IMG/VR virus record: IMGVR_UViG_3300024518_000012
Length of the DNA stretch: 40,523 nt
Direction: 5' to 3' (one strand)
Source: a virus
Shown here: positions 18,567 through 25,492 of the stretch, piece after piece
How the letters are laid out: each line of letters begins with the position of its first letter
How positions within the stretch are numbered: position 1 is the first letter of the stretch
The notes under the pieces: generated by a model
The model's input: the letters and a program-made list of their open reading frames with translations, nothing else
What the model was told of the DNA's origin: nothing
Databases searched by the model: none
Made by a program: the position numbers and the translations under genes

Positions 18567-18793
18567 AGGACCGGGGCTCCGTCCGGCCGGACGTGTCGGA
18601 AGAAAACGACCGAATTGGTCCAGGTTCCGTCTGGCTTCCTGGCCATCCGGTGATGGTTCCCGAGGTCTCCCGACCTCCGCCGCCAGCCGTCCACCTCCAG
18701 GGCCGCCACAGCCTCCTCCATGGCCTCCTTGACGTCCTCCCGCCTGGTGTGCTCCGGAGGCCTACTGGCCCAGTCCGGCGGGAGAGAGACCAC
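18563..18793 (-). CDS. Hypothetical small protein, last gene of the leftward operon (76 aa, or 52 aa from ATG at 18721)
   Basis: Its stop shares the CTAG at 18563-18566 with the converging + gene. The alternative ATG at 18721 is preceded by AAGGAGGCC. Confidence 0.45.
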   Translation of the reverse strand: MVSLPPDWASRPPEHTRREDVKEAMEEAVAALEVDGWRRRSGDLGNHHRMARKPDGTWTNSVVFFRHVRPDGAPVL

Positions 18794-19085
18794 CTCCGTC
18801 TTGTTCTCGGCCGGCGGTGGTCCCGATGAGGTGCACCCCGTACCAGTCTGCCACGGCCTCCACGTCCAGGCCTCCCATCAACCTGGACATGGCGTCCGGG
18901 GAGATGTCCATCTCCAGGACGGTGGCCCGGCTGGTCCCGTCTGTGCCCCGGAGCTCCCACCTGTAGTCCGAGGTATGGCTGAGACGGATCCGACAGTGGC
19001 CCTCCTGGGCCTCGGACCACTCCGTGACCTTCCTGGTGTGATCGTAGTCTGGATCCTTGGGTCCCATTCGGCGTCGGCGGCCCAT
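18762..19085 (-). CDS. Hypothetical protein (107 aa)
   Basis: The ATG overlaps the upstream TGA by 1 nt (TGATG), indicating translational coupling. The start is trimmed from track ORF 18762..19112. Confidence 0.55.
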   Translation of the reverse strand: MGRRRRMGPKDPDYDHTRKVTEWSEAQEGHCRIRLSHTSDYRWELRGTDGTSRATVLEMDISPDAMSRLMGGLDVEAVADWYGVHLIGTTAGREQDGGGLSPAGLGQ

Positions 19086-19273
19086 CACTTGGCCACCTTT
19101 CGACGCCGCCACTTACGGACCAGGGCCCCGGGAAACATCTCGTGTAAGCCCCGGCGGTGTTTGCGGTCCACCTGGGCCAGGGTCATCCCCTCGGGGACGG
19201 TCCCCTGGATGGGCTGGAACCACTCCACCCCGTTCCGGGAGATCGTATACTTCAAGGTGTAGGTCTCTGTCAT
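19085..19273 (-). CDS. Hypothetical small basic-tailed protein (62 aa)
   Basis: Preceded by TAGGAGAAAGCC-ATG-ACA. The C-terminus is RKWRRRKVAK. Confidence 0.65.
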   Translation of the reverse strand: MTETYTLKYTISRNGVEWFQPIQGTVPEGMTLAQVDRKHRRGLHEMFPGALVRKWRRRKVAK

Positions 19274-19282
19274 GGCTTTCTC

Positions 19283-19534
19283 CTATCTGTAGGCCTGGAC
19301 GTGCTCCTCGTCCACGGCCATGGAACACTGAAGGCTCCCGTCCGCACGGGCCTCTCCGATCCTGGTCTCCTCGGGCCGGAGCCACAGGAAAACGGACTTG
19401 GGGGGCCAGTCCTCGAAGGCCACCCAAACGTGGTCCTGTGACAGGGCCGGGCCCTCATACTCCCCCGCCAGGATCCCCTGGGGGGTCCGGATCAGGACGG
19501 CCTCTCCTGGTTTGAATTGGGTTCTGGTGGTCAT
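19283..19534 (-). CDS. Hypothetical small protein (83 aa)
   Basis: The start is chosen at the conserved CAGAGAAAGCC-ATG-ACC context downstream of promoter PL2. Confidence 0.65.
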   Translation of the reverse strand: MTTRTQFKPGEAVLIRTPQGILAGEYEGPALSQDHVWVAFEDWPPKSVFLWLRPEETRIGEARADGSLQCSMAVDEEHVQAYR

Positions 19535-19569
19535 GGCTTTCTCTGCTTGTTCCCTGGTGTGATACCTAC

Positions 19570-19598
19570 AATATACACCCACGGCGGCCATCTGTCAA
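19570..19598 (-). promoter_or_regulatory. Leftward sigma70-type promoter PL2
   Basis: On the minus strand: TTGACA (19598-19593), 17-nt spacer, TATATT (19575-19570). It is preceded by CTGCAAT-N4-CC, as in PL1. Confidence 0.7.
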
Positions 19599-19612
19599 GG
19601 ATCCATTGCAGA

Positions 19613-19825
19613 TTAATCCGGCCTCCCCACGTCCCGGTGGTCCTCACAATAGGCCAACTGGTCGGCGGGCTCAGGGGCCTCGGCCTTCAGGGCCTCCAGT
19701 TGGGCCTCCAGGTCGTCCTGGTGCTCCCCGTGGAAGTCCGTCCCCCAGATCCCACTGTTCAGGGCGTCCTCGATCCGCTCCACCATGTCCTGGCGGCAGG
19801 CTTCACACTCGTAGGTCTTGGTCAT
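19613..19825 (-). CDS. Hypothetical small acidic CxxC protein (70 aa)
   Basis: The start context is GAGGAGAAAGCC-ATG-ACC. 19 of the 70 residues are Asp/Glu. The start is trimmed from track ORF 19613..19897. Confidence 0.65.
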   Translation of the reverse strand: MTKTYECEACRQDMVERIEDALNSGIWGTDFHGEHQDDLEAQLEALKAEAPEPADQLAYCEDHRDVGRPD

Positions 19826-19851
19826 GGCTTTCTCCTCTGTGTAGTATCGTA

Positions 19852-19881
19852 AAGATAGGTCCCACGGAGGAGGTCTGTCAA
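19852..19881 (-). promoter_or_regulatory. Leftward sigma70-type promoter PL1
   Basis: On the minus strand: TTGACA (19881-19876), then a 17/18-nt spacer to CTATCT/TATCTT (19858-19852). It is preceded by CTGCAATTAACCC. Confidence 0.6.
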
Positions 19882-19950
19882 GGGTTAATTGCAGCACCTA
19901 CCAAACAGGGCCACACACCTGGTATAGTTGAAACTCTCTGGGGGGCTACC

Positions 19951-20349
19951 ATGACCATCACAAAGGACCATGACCGGCTTAACGCCATCGTGAATGACGA
20001 GTTCCCCAAGGCCATCGAGGCTATGGTGGCGGCGGCCGAGACCCATCTCCGCAACGCCAATATAAAGAACAAGGCCGGAGCGGTCCTGGGCCTCCTATCT
20101 GAGGCCAGCCACCTGGGGCTCCATTTCAAGGCTGAGCACCTGTCCATCTCCCGGGTTCTCTCTTTCTACATGCTCCGATCCACGGCACCATTCTCCAGTC
20201 TCGTCACCGTGGAGATTATCCGGGGCTTCCATCTCCAGAACCCACCGCGGGGCCTTGGGCCCAGGCCGTACCCAACTGGTGGACGGGTAAACGTGCCTCG
20301 TGGGACCGCCGACTGGATGGATGCCCACGACCTGGGGCGAGTCGTGTGA
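19951..20349 (+). CDS. Hypothetical protein, first rightward gene (132 aa)
   Basis: ACC-ATG-ACC start lies 5 nt after GGGGGG. Codon bias is good. It is followed by an 11-bp hairpin. Confidence 0.6.
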   Translation: MTITKDHDRLNAIVNDEFPKAIEAMVAAAETHLRNANIKNKAGAVLGLLSEASHLGLHFKAEHLSISRVLSFYMLRSTAPFSSLVTVEIIRGFHLQNPPRGLGPRPYPTGGRVNVPRGTADWMDAHDLGRVV

Positions 20350-20382
20350 TCGCGGAGAGGGTGGAGAGTCCAGGTAAAGAAA

Positions 20383-20410
20383 CGGCCCCCTGGTTGACAC
20401 CAGGGGGCCG
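20383..20410 (+). terminator. Perfect 11-bp GC hairpin after gene 19951..20349
   Basis: CGGCCCCCTGG (20383-20393) pairs with CCAGGGGGCCG (20400-20410) across the loop TTGACA. There is no downstream T-tract on the + strand. An A-rich tract lies upstream, so on the minus strand the hairpin would be followed by a T-rich tract. Confidence 0.45.
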
Positions 20411-20693
20411 CCTCCTGTACCTTCCGAACTGCGATGAACGGACCGGACCGGGCCAGCGTACCATCCCCGGTCCTCTATTCGCAAGAGGAACACGGGTGTT
20501 TCAGTCTGGCCCCCACCCACCACTCTCCCAACAGGGAAACCCAGGGCCTTCGGGATGTCCTTCTGATCTGACCTTGACAGCGGTCAGGGCTGGGGGATGG
20601 ACTCCCCGGCCAGCCTCTCCCAAGTCGTAGCAGCTAACACCCCGGGAGGCAGGAAGGCAGACAGGGAGATCGGCCCCCTGGGTGAGTAGGACG

Positions 20694-20726
20694 CCCCCTC
20701 CTACGACAGGGGGAAGGTCTGTTTTC
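20694..20726 (+). terminator. Weak intrinsic-terminator-like hairpin upstream of PR1
   Basis: CCCCCT (20694-20699) pairs with AGGGGG (20708-20713), followed by AAGGTCTGTTTTC. Confidence 0.3.
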
Positions 20727-20777
20727 TGGTCGATTCCAGCCCGCCCCATCTTTCTCGGCCGAATCAGCAAAAAGGCC

Positions 20778-20806
20778 CTGCATCTCCTGTGGGGAGGGTC
20801 TATATT
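20778..20806 (+). promoter_or_regulatory. Early promoter PR1
   Basis: CTGCAT, 17-nt spacer, TATATT. An A-tract (GCAAAAAGG) lies upstream and GTGTCAGC downstream. Confidence 0.75.
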
Positions 20807-20843
20807 GGAGGTGTCAGCCAAAAAGAAACACAGGGAGAAAGCC

Positions 20844-22514
20844 ATGACCCAGATCACCGACAGCGACATGGACCACGCCGAAAGACTCGCCGAGGCATCA
20901 TTCTCAGAATGGGCCGAGGCCAACCCCCAACCCTGTGGGGACTGTGGCAAGTCCCACACCCCGGCCGAGCCCACCGCGGATAACGTCTACTTTTGCCGAG
21001 ACTGCGAAAATAAGGCAGACGCCGAGGATCTGGTCCTCCGTGGCTCCCCGATGGCCATGGTCACCGAGGACGGAGAGGCCCTGGACGAGATCACCCCCTC
21101 CGCCCAGGCTGGCCCCTTCGGAGATGACGAGGCCATGACGATCACCCCGGAGCAGGTCATGGCGGCCTCCCAGGAGGACAACCGTCCGGTGGTGGCAAAG
21201 ACCACCCGCCAGAAGGCCACCTACCTGGTCATCACCTGGGACCGGATCTCCAACGTGGCCATCCGGGCCAAGGTGGTGGACTCCAAGGGGATGAGACTGG
21301 CCGGTGAGTCCTTCGCCAGGACCCAGCGGTCCGGCGGGATGACCGTGATCGGTGGACGGAAAAAAGGGTTCTGGACCAGCCGTACCTCCAGCGGGACCGC
21401 GATTCACACCGTGTTCGCCATCCGGTTCATCGGGATCAACCAGAGCCAGGACGCCACCTCCGCCATGGAGCGGGCCCTGGCCGGTGGCTTCAGCCTGTCC
21501 CAGGTGGAGGCCATGTTCCTCTCCGAGAACCCCCAGCAGGCGGTGGATATGATCGAGGACCTGGACGACGAGCCCACCATGGCCGAGATGGCCGACCATG
21601 ACCTGGTGGAGGAGTCCACCGCCGACCTGACCGAGCGGGCCATCCGAGAGGCCGGGATGACCGAGGACCTCGGAGAGGCCGGACCCCCGGCGGACGTGGT
21701 CCCCTTCACCACGGCCCAGGCCGCCACCAAGGCCCCGGGAGCCCCGAGCGCCGAGGAGGCCGAGGAGGCCCTGAAGGCCAGGGACACCTTCAAGTTTCTC
21801 CGGACGATCCTCCCCCACACCTCCAGGGCCCTCCTGTACGGCCCCACGGCCACCGGAAAGACCCACCTGGCCATCGAGGTCGCGGAGTCCCTGGGGCTGG
21901 ACCTCTACATCGTGGCCATGACCGATCAGACCCCAATGGCCGAGCTCCGCGGTCACTACATCCCGACCGCCGGGGGAGCCTTTATCTTCCACGAGGGGGC
22001 AATACTCCGGGCCTTCCGGAGTGGCGGCCTCCTCCTGATTGACGAGATTGACGAGGCAGGGGCGGACGCCCTGGCCTTCATCTCCGCGGCCCTGAACGAC
22101 CCGAAGGTGGCCAAGATCACCCTCCCGACCGGGGATACGGTCCAGGCCCACCCGGACTTCCGCGTGATAGCGTGCATGAACGGCCAGCCAGGAGACCTCC
22201 ACCCGAGGCTGGCTAGCCGATTCCCGGCCACCCACCTCGTCCGAGAGCCTGACCCCCAGGCCTTCAAGGCCCTCCCCGAGGACCTCCGGACCGTGGCCAA
22301 GAAGCTCAGCAAGTCCACAGTCCCCCAGGACCAGCGGGTGGACCTCCGGTCCTGGTTCGAGTTCGCGGCCATGAGGGACAGCCTGGGCCACCAGGAACTG
22401 GCCGCCAGGGCGATCTTCGGGCCGGGGTGGTCGGACCTCGTGGCAGCCATCGCGGCGGCCAACGATGAGACGGCCCAGAGCAACACTGACAAGCAGGCCG
22501 CCGAGGGTGTGTGA
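20844..22514 (+). CDS. AAA+ ATPase (AAA_5 / MoxR / CobS-like) with a novel N-terminal half containing a zinc ribbon (556 aa)
   Basis: Walker A is LLYGPTATGKT and Walker B is LLLIDEIDE. Sensor-1-like VIACMN and RLASRF are present. The N-terminus carries CGDCGK...FCRDCENK. The start context is GGGAGAAAGCC-ATG-ACC, trimmed from track ORF 20682..22514. Confidence 0.8.
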   Translation: MTQITDSDMDHAERLAEASFSEWAEANPQPCGDCGKSHTPAEPTADNVYFCRDCENKADAEDLVLRGSPMAMVTEDGEALDEITPSAQAGPFGDDEAMTITPEQVMAASQEDNRPVVAKTTRQKATYLVITWDRISNVAIRAKVVDSKGMRLAGESFARTQRSGGMTVIGGRKKGFWTSRTSSGTAIHTVFAIRFIGINQSQDATSAMERALAGGFSLSQVEAMFLSENPQQAVDMIEDLDDEPTMAEMADHDLVEESTADLTERAIREAGMTEDLGEAGPPADVVPFTTAQAATKAPGAPSAEEAEEALKARDTFKFLRTILPHTSRALLYGPTATGKTHLAIEVAESLGLDLYIVAMTDQTPMAELRGHYIPTAGGAFIFHEGAILRAFRSGGLLLIDEIDEAGADALAFISAALNDPKVAKITLPTGDTVQAHPDFRVIACMNGQPGDLHPRLASRFPATHLVREPDPQAFKALPEDLRTVAKKLSKSTVPQDQRVDLRSWFEFAAMRDSLGHQELAARAIFGPGWSDLVAAIAAANDETAQSNTDKQAAEGV

Positions 22515-22560
22515 TCTCCTTCACACCCATGGCTGACACCTACACGGCGGCCAGTTGGAC

Positions 22561-22592
22561 GGAGGGGGCGGGGATGGCTTTCCGCCCCCTCC
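22561..22592 (+). terminator. Intrinsic terminator-like hairpin between the AAA+ and vWA genes
   Basis: GGAGGGGGCGG (22561-22571) pairs with CCGCCCCCTCC (22582-22592) across a 10-nt loop, followed by ACTTTGAT. Confidence 0.55.
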
Positions 22593-22621
22593 ACTTTGAT
22601 CGACGTCGAAGGAAAAAACTC

Positions 22622-22650
22622 TTGCATCGAGCATGTCCGGGATGTATATT
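22622..22650 (+). promoter_or_regulatory. Early promoter PR2
   Basis: TTGCAT, 17-nt spacer, TATATT. GGAAAAAACTC lies upstream and GTGTCAGC downstream. Confidence 0.8.
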
Positions 22651-22683
22651 CCGAGTGTCAGCAGATACCAAGGAGAAAGCCAA

Positions 22684-24687
22684 ATGAGAAAGCGCGGCCA
22701 GGTCAGAGACATCAAGGGTGAGGAGGTCCTCTACGAGAGAGGCCGGACCCGCTCCAAGCCCTTCGTCCAGGTCCTCGACGGCCGAGAGGCCACCGAGATC
22801 CTGGAAGGCCCGGAACAGCCCTACTCCACGGCCACCAGGGTGGTGGTGGACTTCTCGGACACCCCAGCCGGACGCCGCGGACGATCCCACGAATTCCACC
22901 ACCTGGCATACACCGATCACGACCAATGGGCCGTGGCCGTGGCCGCCGGGGTTCAGAACGATTGCCTCCAGAAGTGTGAGGACGTCCGGATCCAGACCCT
23001 GGCCAACCGGTCCGGGTTCAAGGGCTACGCCGAGGCCATCTACACCCCCGAGGAGTGGGCGGACCTGATCTCCAGGCGGATCACCCCCGACCGGATGGTA
23101 ATGTCCGCGGTAGCCCTCGGTGGGACGGCCGACCTGGTAGACGTCGAGGCGGCCATGGAGGCGGCCGGGATGGCTGACCACCTGAAGGCTGCCCGCCGAG
23201 CCCTGGCCCGGATCGACAGCCAGGCCACCGCCAACCTGACCACGGCCTACGCCGCCAAGGTGGCCGCCGACCTGGCCGCCGACCTGGCAGCCCTGGCCCC
23301 CAAGGTCCCGAGGATCGAGGAGGCCCTGGAGGCCGCCGGATTCGAGACCACCGAGGAGGAGTCCACGGACATCTCCATGGAGGCCACCAGCGACCTCCCG
23401 GAGGACGCCGACCTGGAGCCCACCGAGGAGCCCACCGAGGAGCCCACCGAGGAGCCCGAGGGCCGTCCGATGGTCCCGCCTCCGGCCGAGGAGCAGGACG
23501 ACCCCCAGGAGCCCACAGGCCAGCCCCAGATCGAGACGGACGAGAACCCGGACCAGGACGACCCGGACGGGTTCAGCGTGGCTGGAGACGCCTGGGGCCC
23601 GGATGAGGACCTCGGGGAGGCCACGGACGAACTGGACGAGGACGCCGACCTGGACCAGGACTCCCTGGCGATGGTCAGTGGTATGGGCTGGCAGCCCCAC
23701 GAGGTCCAGGCCTACCAGGTCCCCGAGGGCCTTCGGGGCCTGTTCGGATTCGAGCCCGAGGAGCTCGCCAGGGAGCGGGCCGCCGAGGCTGGGATCGACC
23801 GATTCGAGACCATGGCCACCGTCTCCAGCGAGGACGCCACAGAGGGGACCCTGGCCGCCTGGGACTGGGTCAATAAGACCGAGACCCCGGTGATACCCGA
23901 GCCAGGACAGGTGTGGTACCGCACCAACAGAGAGGCCATAGAGCGGGCCAGGGAGTCCTTCGAGGCCTTCAAGACCTCCAGGGCCCTGACCGAGATCCGG
24001 CGGACCAGAAAGCTCTCCATGGGCTGGGGCTATACCGTGATCCAGAGAGTCCCCCTCACCCGTAGCTGGCCGGGATCCTGGCGGCGGCCCAAGTTCAACC
24101 CCCAGGAGGTAGGGGCAATCCCTGGAGCGATCCACAGACTCCCCGTGGATCAGAAGATATTCACCGACACCAGGACCAAGTCGAAGGGCGGGACCCCGAC
24201 CATCCTGGTGGACGTCTCCGGGTCCATGTCCCTGAGTGTTGAACAGGTGTCAGCCATCTGTGAAGCACACCCCTACGCCACCGTGGCCACCTACTCCGGG
24301 GGCAATACCTCGGGTGCCATCGTGATAATTGCCAAGGGTGGCCGGGTGGCCGAGCAGTCCGCCATGGACCTGTCCCAGGGTGGGAATGGAATCGACGGTC
24401 CGGCCCTCCGGTGGCTGGGGTCCCAGCCTGGCCCCAGGATCTGGGTCTCGGATGGTCAGGTATTCGGCCGGATGTCTAGCGGCAGTCGGCGGGCTTACAA
24501 GCAGGTGGCCACCCTGAAGTCCCTGGCGGACTGTTGCGAGGCCACGATAGCCCAGGACAGCATCAAACACGTGGCCGAGCCCTGCCAGGTGACCACGTAT
24601 CTGGCGGCCTGCCAGAGGAAGGGGAAGACCTTCATCCGGGACTGGAAGCCAGCCGGTGGATTCTCGCCCAGTATCTCCAGGTGGTGA
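22684..24687 (+). CDS. vWA-domain protein (CobT / BchD-like partner of the AAA+ ATPase, 667 aa)
   Basis: The C-terminal domain has the MIDAS motif ILV-D-V-S-G-S-M (nt 24211-24228). A long acidic central linker includes the PTEE repeats. RBS is AAGGAGAAAGCC. Confidence 0.75.
   Translation: MRKRGQVRDIKGEEVLYERGRTRSKPFVQVLDGREATEILEGPEQPYSTATRVVVDFSDTPAGRRGRSHEFHHLAYTDHDQWAVAVAAGVQNDCLQKCEDVRIQTLANRSGFKGYAEAIYTPEEWADLISRRITPDRMVMSAVALGGTADLVDVEAAMEAAGMADHLKAARRALARIDSQATANLTTAYAAKVAADLAADLAALAPKVPRIEEALEAAGFETTEEESTDISMEATSDLPEDADLEPTEEPTEEPTEEPEGRPMVPPPAEEQDDPQEPTGQPQIETDENPDQDDPDGFSVAGDAWGPDEDLGEATDELDEDADLDQDSLAMVSGMGWQPHEVQAYQVPEGLRGLFGFEPEELARERAAEAGIDRFETMATVSSEDATEGTLAAWDWVNKTETPVIPEPGQVWYRTNREAIERARESFEAFKTSRALTEIRRTRKLSMGWGYTVIQRVPLTRSWPGSWRRPKFNPQEVGAIPGAIHRLPVDQKIFTDTRTKSKGGTPTILVDVSGSMSLSVEQVSAICEAHPYATVATYSGGNTSGAIVIIAKGGRVAEQSAMDLSQGGNGIDGPALRWLGSQPGPRIWVSDGQVFGRMSSGSRRAYKQVATLKSLADCCEATIAQDSIKHVAEPCQVTTYLAACQRKGKTFIRDWKPAGGFSPSISRW
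23416..23460 (+). repeat. 12-bp tandem repeat (GAGCCCACCGAG, 3 full copies plus 9 nt) encoding (EPTE)n
   Basis: Read directly from the sequence: 23416-23427, 23428-23439 and 23440-23451 are identical, with a partial copy at 23452-23460. Confidence 0.9.
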
Positions 24688-24830
24688 ATGATGACGAACC
24701 GTGACGACATGTTCCATGATCCGGAGCCCGAGGACCGGGACTAGTTCAAGCCCAACCCCCTGACCCCACGGCCCGAGGTCGAGGGGAGGCCGGTGAGGGT
24801 GGTAGCCCCCAAACATCCGAAAATAAACCC

Positions 24831-24859
24831 TTGCATCTGCCGCCACGGGAGTGTATATT
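24831..24859 (+). promoter_or_regulatory. Early promoter PR3
   Basis: TTGCAT, 17-nt spacer, TATATT. GAAAATAAACCC lies upstream and GTGTCAGC downstream. Confidence 0.8.
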
Positions 24860-24898
24860 CCCTGTGTCAGCAAAAAACAACAAGCAAGGAGAAAAGCC

Positions 24899-25129
24899 AT
24901 GACCCAGACCACGAAAACCACCACGTTCCTGGTAGACCCGGAAGCCCACGAGGCCAAGTTCGCCGCCGCCAGGAAGGCCGCCGCGGACGAGGAGGTCCGT
25001 GGGGCCCTCAATATCCTGGACGCCCTGATAGCCAACGAGGACGAGACCCACAAGGGCCTCCCCGGTTGCGTGGGTCGGCCCCTGTTCACCCTGGACGAGA
25101 TCCGGGCCAAGCTGGCCAGGCTCCTGTAG
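24899..25129 (+). CDS. Hypothetical small early protein (76 aa)
   Basis: The start context is GGAGAAAAGCC-ATG-ACC. It is the first gene of the PR3 unit and lies directly upstream of the HTH gene. Confidence 0.65.
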   Translation: MTQTTKTTTFLVDPEAHEAKFAAARKAAADEEVRGALNILDALIANEDETHKGLPGCVGRPLFTLDEIRAKLARLL

Positions 25130-25140
25130 AAAGGGAACCC

Positions 25141-25452
25141 ATGAAGGAAACGACCATAGAGACCCCGGACAGGGACCGAGCCTCGGGGATCAGAGGCCCA
25201 GGGAAACGGTCCCGGCCCGAGCCCCCAGGGGGCCAGGCCAGGATCTGGAGGCTCTGGAGGCGGCGGGAGGAGCTACGGGTCCGCCGCCAGGAACTGGCCG
25301 ACCGGGCCGGGATGCACCACTCCACCCTGTGGAGGATCGAAAAGGGCCTGACCTGGCCCACCCAGACGGTCCTCCTCCGGCTGGAGGAAAAGCTGGCCGA
25401 GATCGCCAACGAACTGAGGAAGGCCCTGACAACCGAGCCCACCGATGGGTGA
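25141..25452 (+). CDS. XRE-family helix-turn-helix transcriptional regulator (103 aa)
   Basis: RRQELADRAGMHHSTLWRIEKGLTWPTQTVLLRLEEKL matches the XRE/Cro-CI HTH pattern. The start is trimmed from track ORF 24793..25452. Confidence 0.75.
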   Translation: MKETTIETPDRDRASGIRGPGKRSRPEPPGGQARIWRLWRRREELRVRRQELADRAGMHHSTLWRIEKGLTWPTQTVLLRLEEKLAEIANELRKALTTEPTDG

Positions 25453-25492
25453 GGGAAAGCCCTCTGGATACGAGGGCCGACAGGAGAAAGCC

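Noticed and set aside
18563-18793. Possible HicA-like toxin, based on the EVDGWRRRSGDLGNHH segment resembling LEKDGW...GSHH.
   Set aside because: The similarity is limited to a few residues, the rest of the HicA pattern is absent, and no HicB-like partner is evident. It is left as hypothetical.
19889-19928. Promoter for gene 19951..20349, using TATAGT at 19923-19928 with TTGCAG at 19889-19894.
   Set aside because: The spacer would be 28 nt, and the hexamers at the correct 17-18-nt distance (ACCAAA/TACCAA) are poor. It is not annotated, so how this gene is transcribed is unresolved.
20383-20681. Repeated 11-mer CGGCCCCCTGG considered as an attP core or iterons of a lysogeny module.
   Set aside because: There are only two copies, no integrase or excisionase gene was recognised, and one copy is simply the arm of a hairpin. 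It is kept only as part of the non-coding-region finding.
20727-20745. tRNA-like T-arm (CTGGTCGATTCCAGCC) in the non-coding region.
   Set aside because: The loop has 6 rather than 7 nt and the stem is only 4 bp. I could not build an acceptor, D or anticodon arm around it. No tRNA is called.
22641-22656. Imperfect palindromes spanning the -10 boxes of PR2 and PR3 considered as operators.
   Set aside because: Only 6 of 8 positions are symmetric, and the symmetry is absent in PR1 and PR4. It is mentioned as a possibility but not annotated as a feature.
24688-24744. 18-codon acidic micro-ORF (MMTNRDDMFHDPEPEDRD) immediately after the vWA gene stop.
   Set aside because: It has no RBS beyond proximity to the stop and is too short to evaluate. 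It may be chance in the spacer before PR3.
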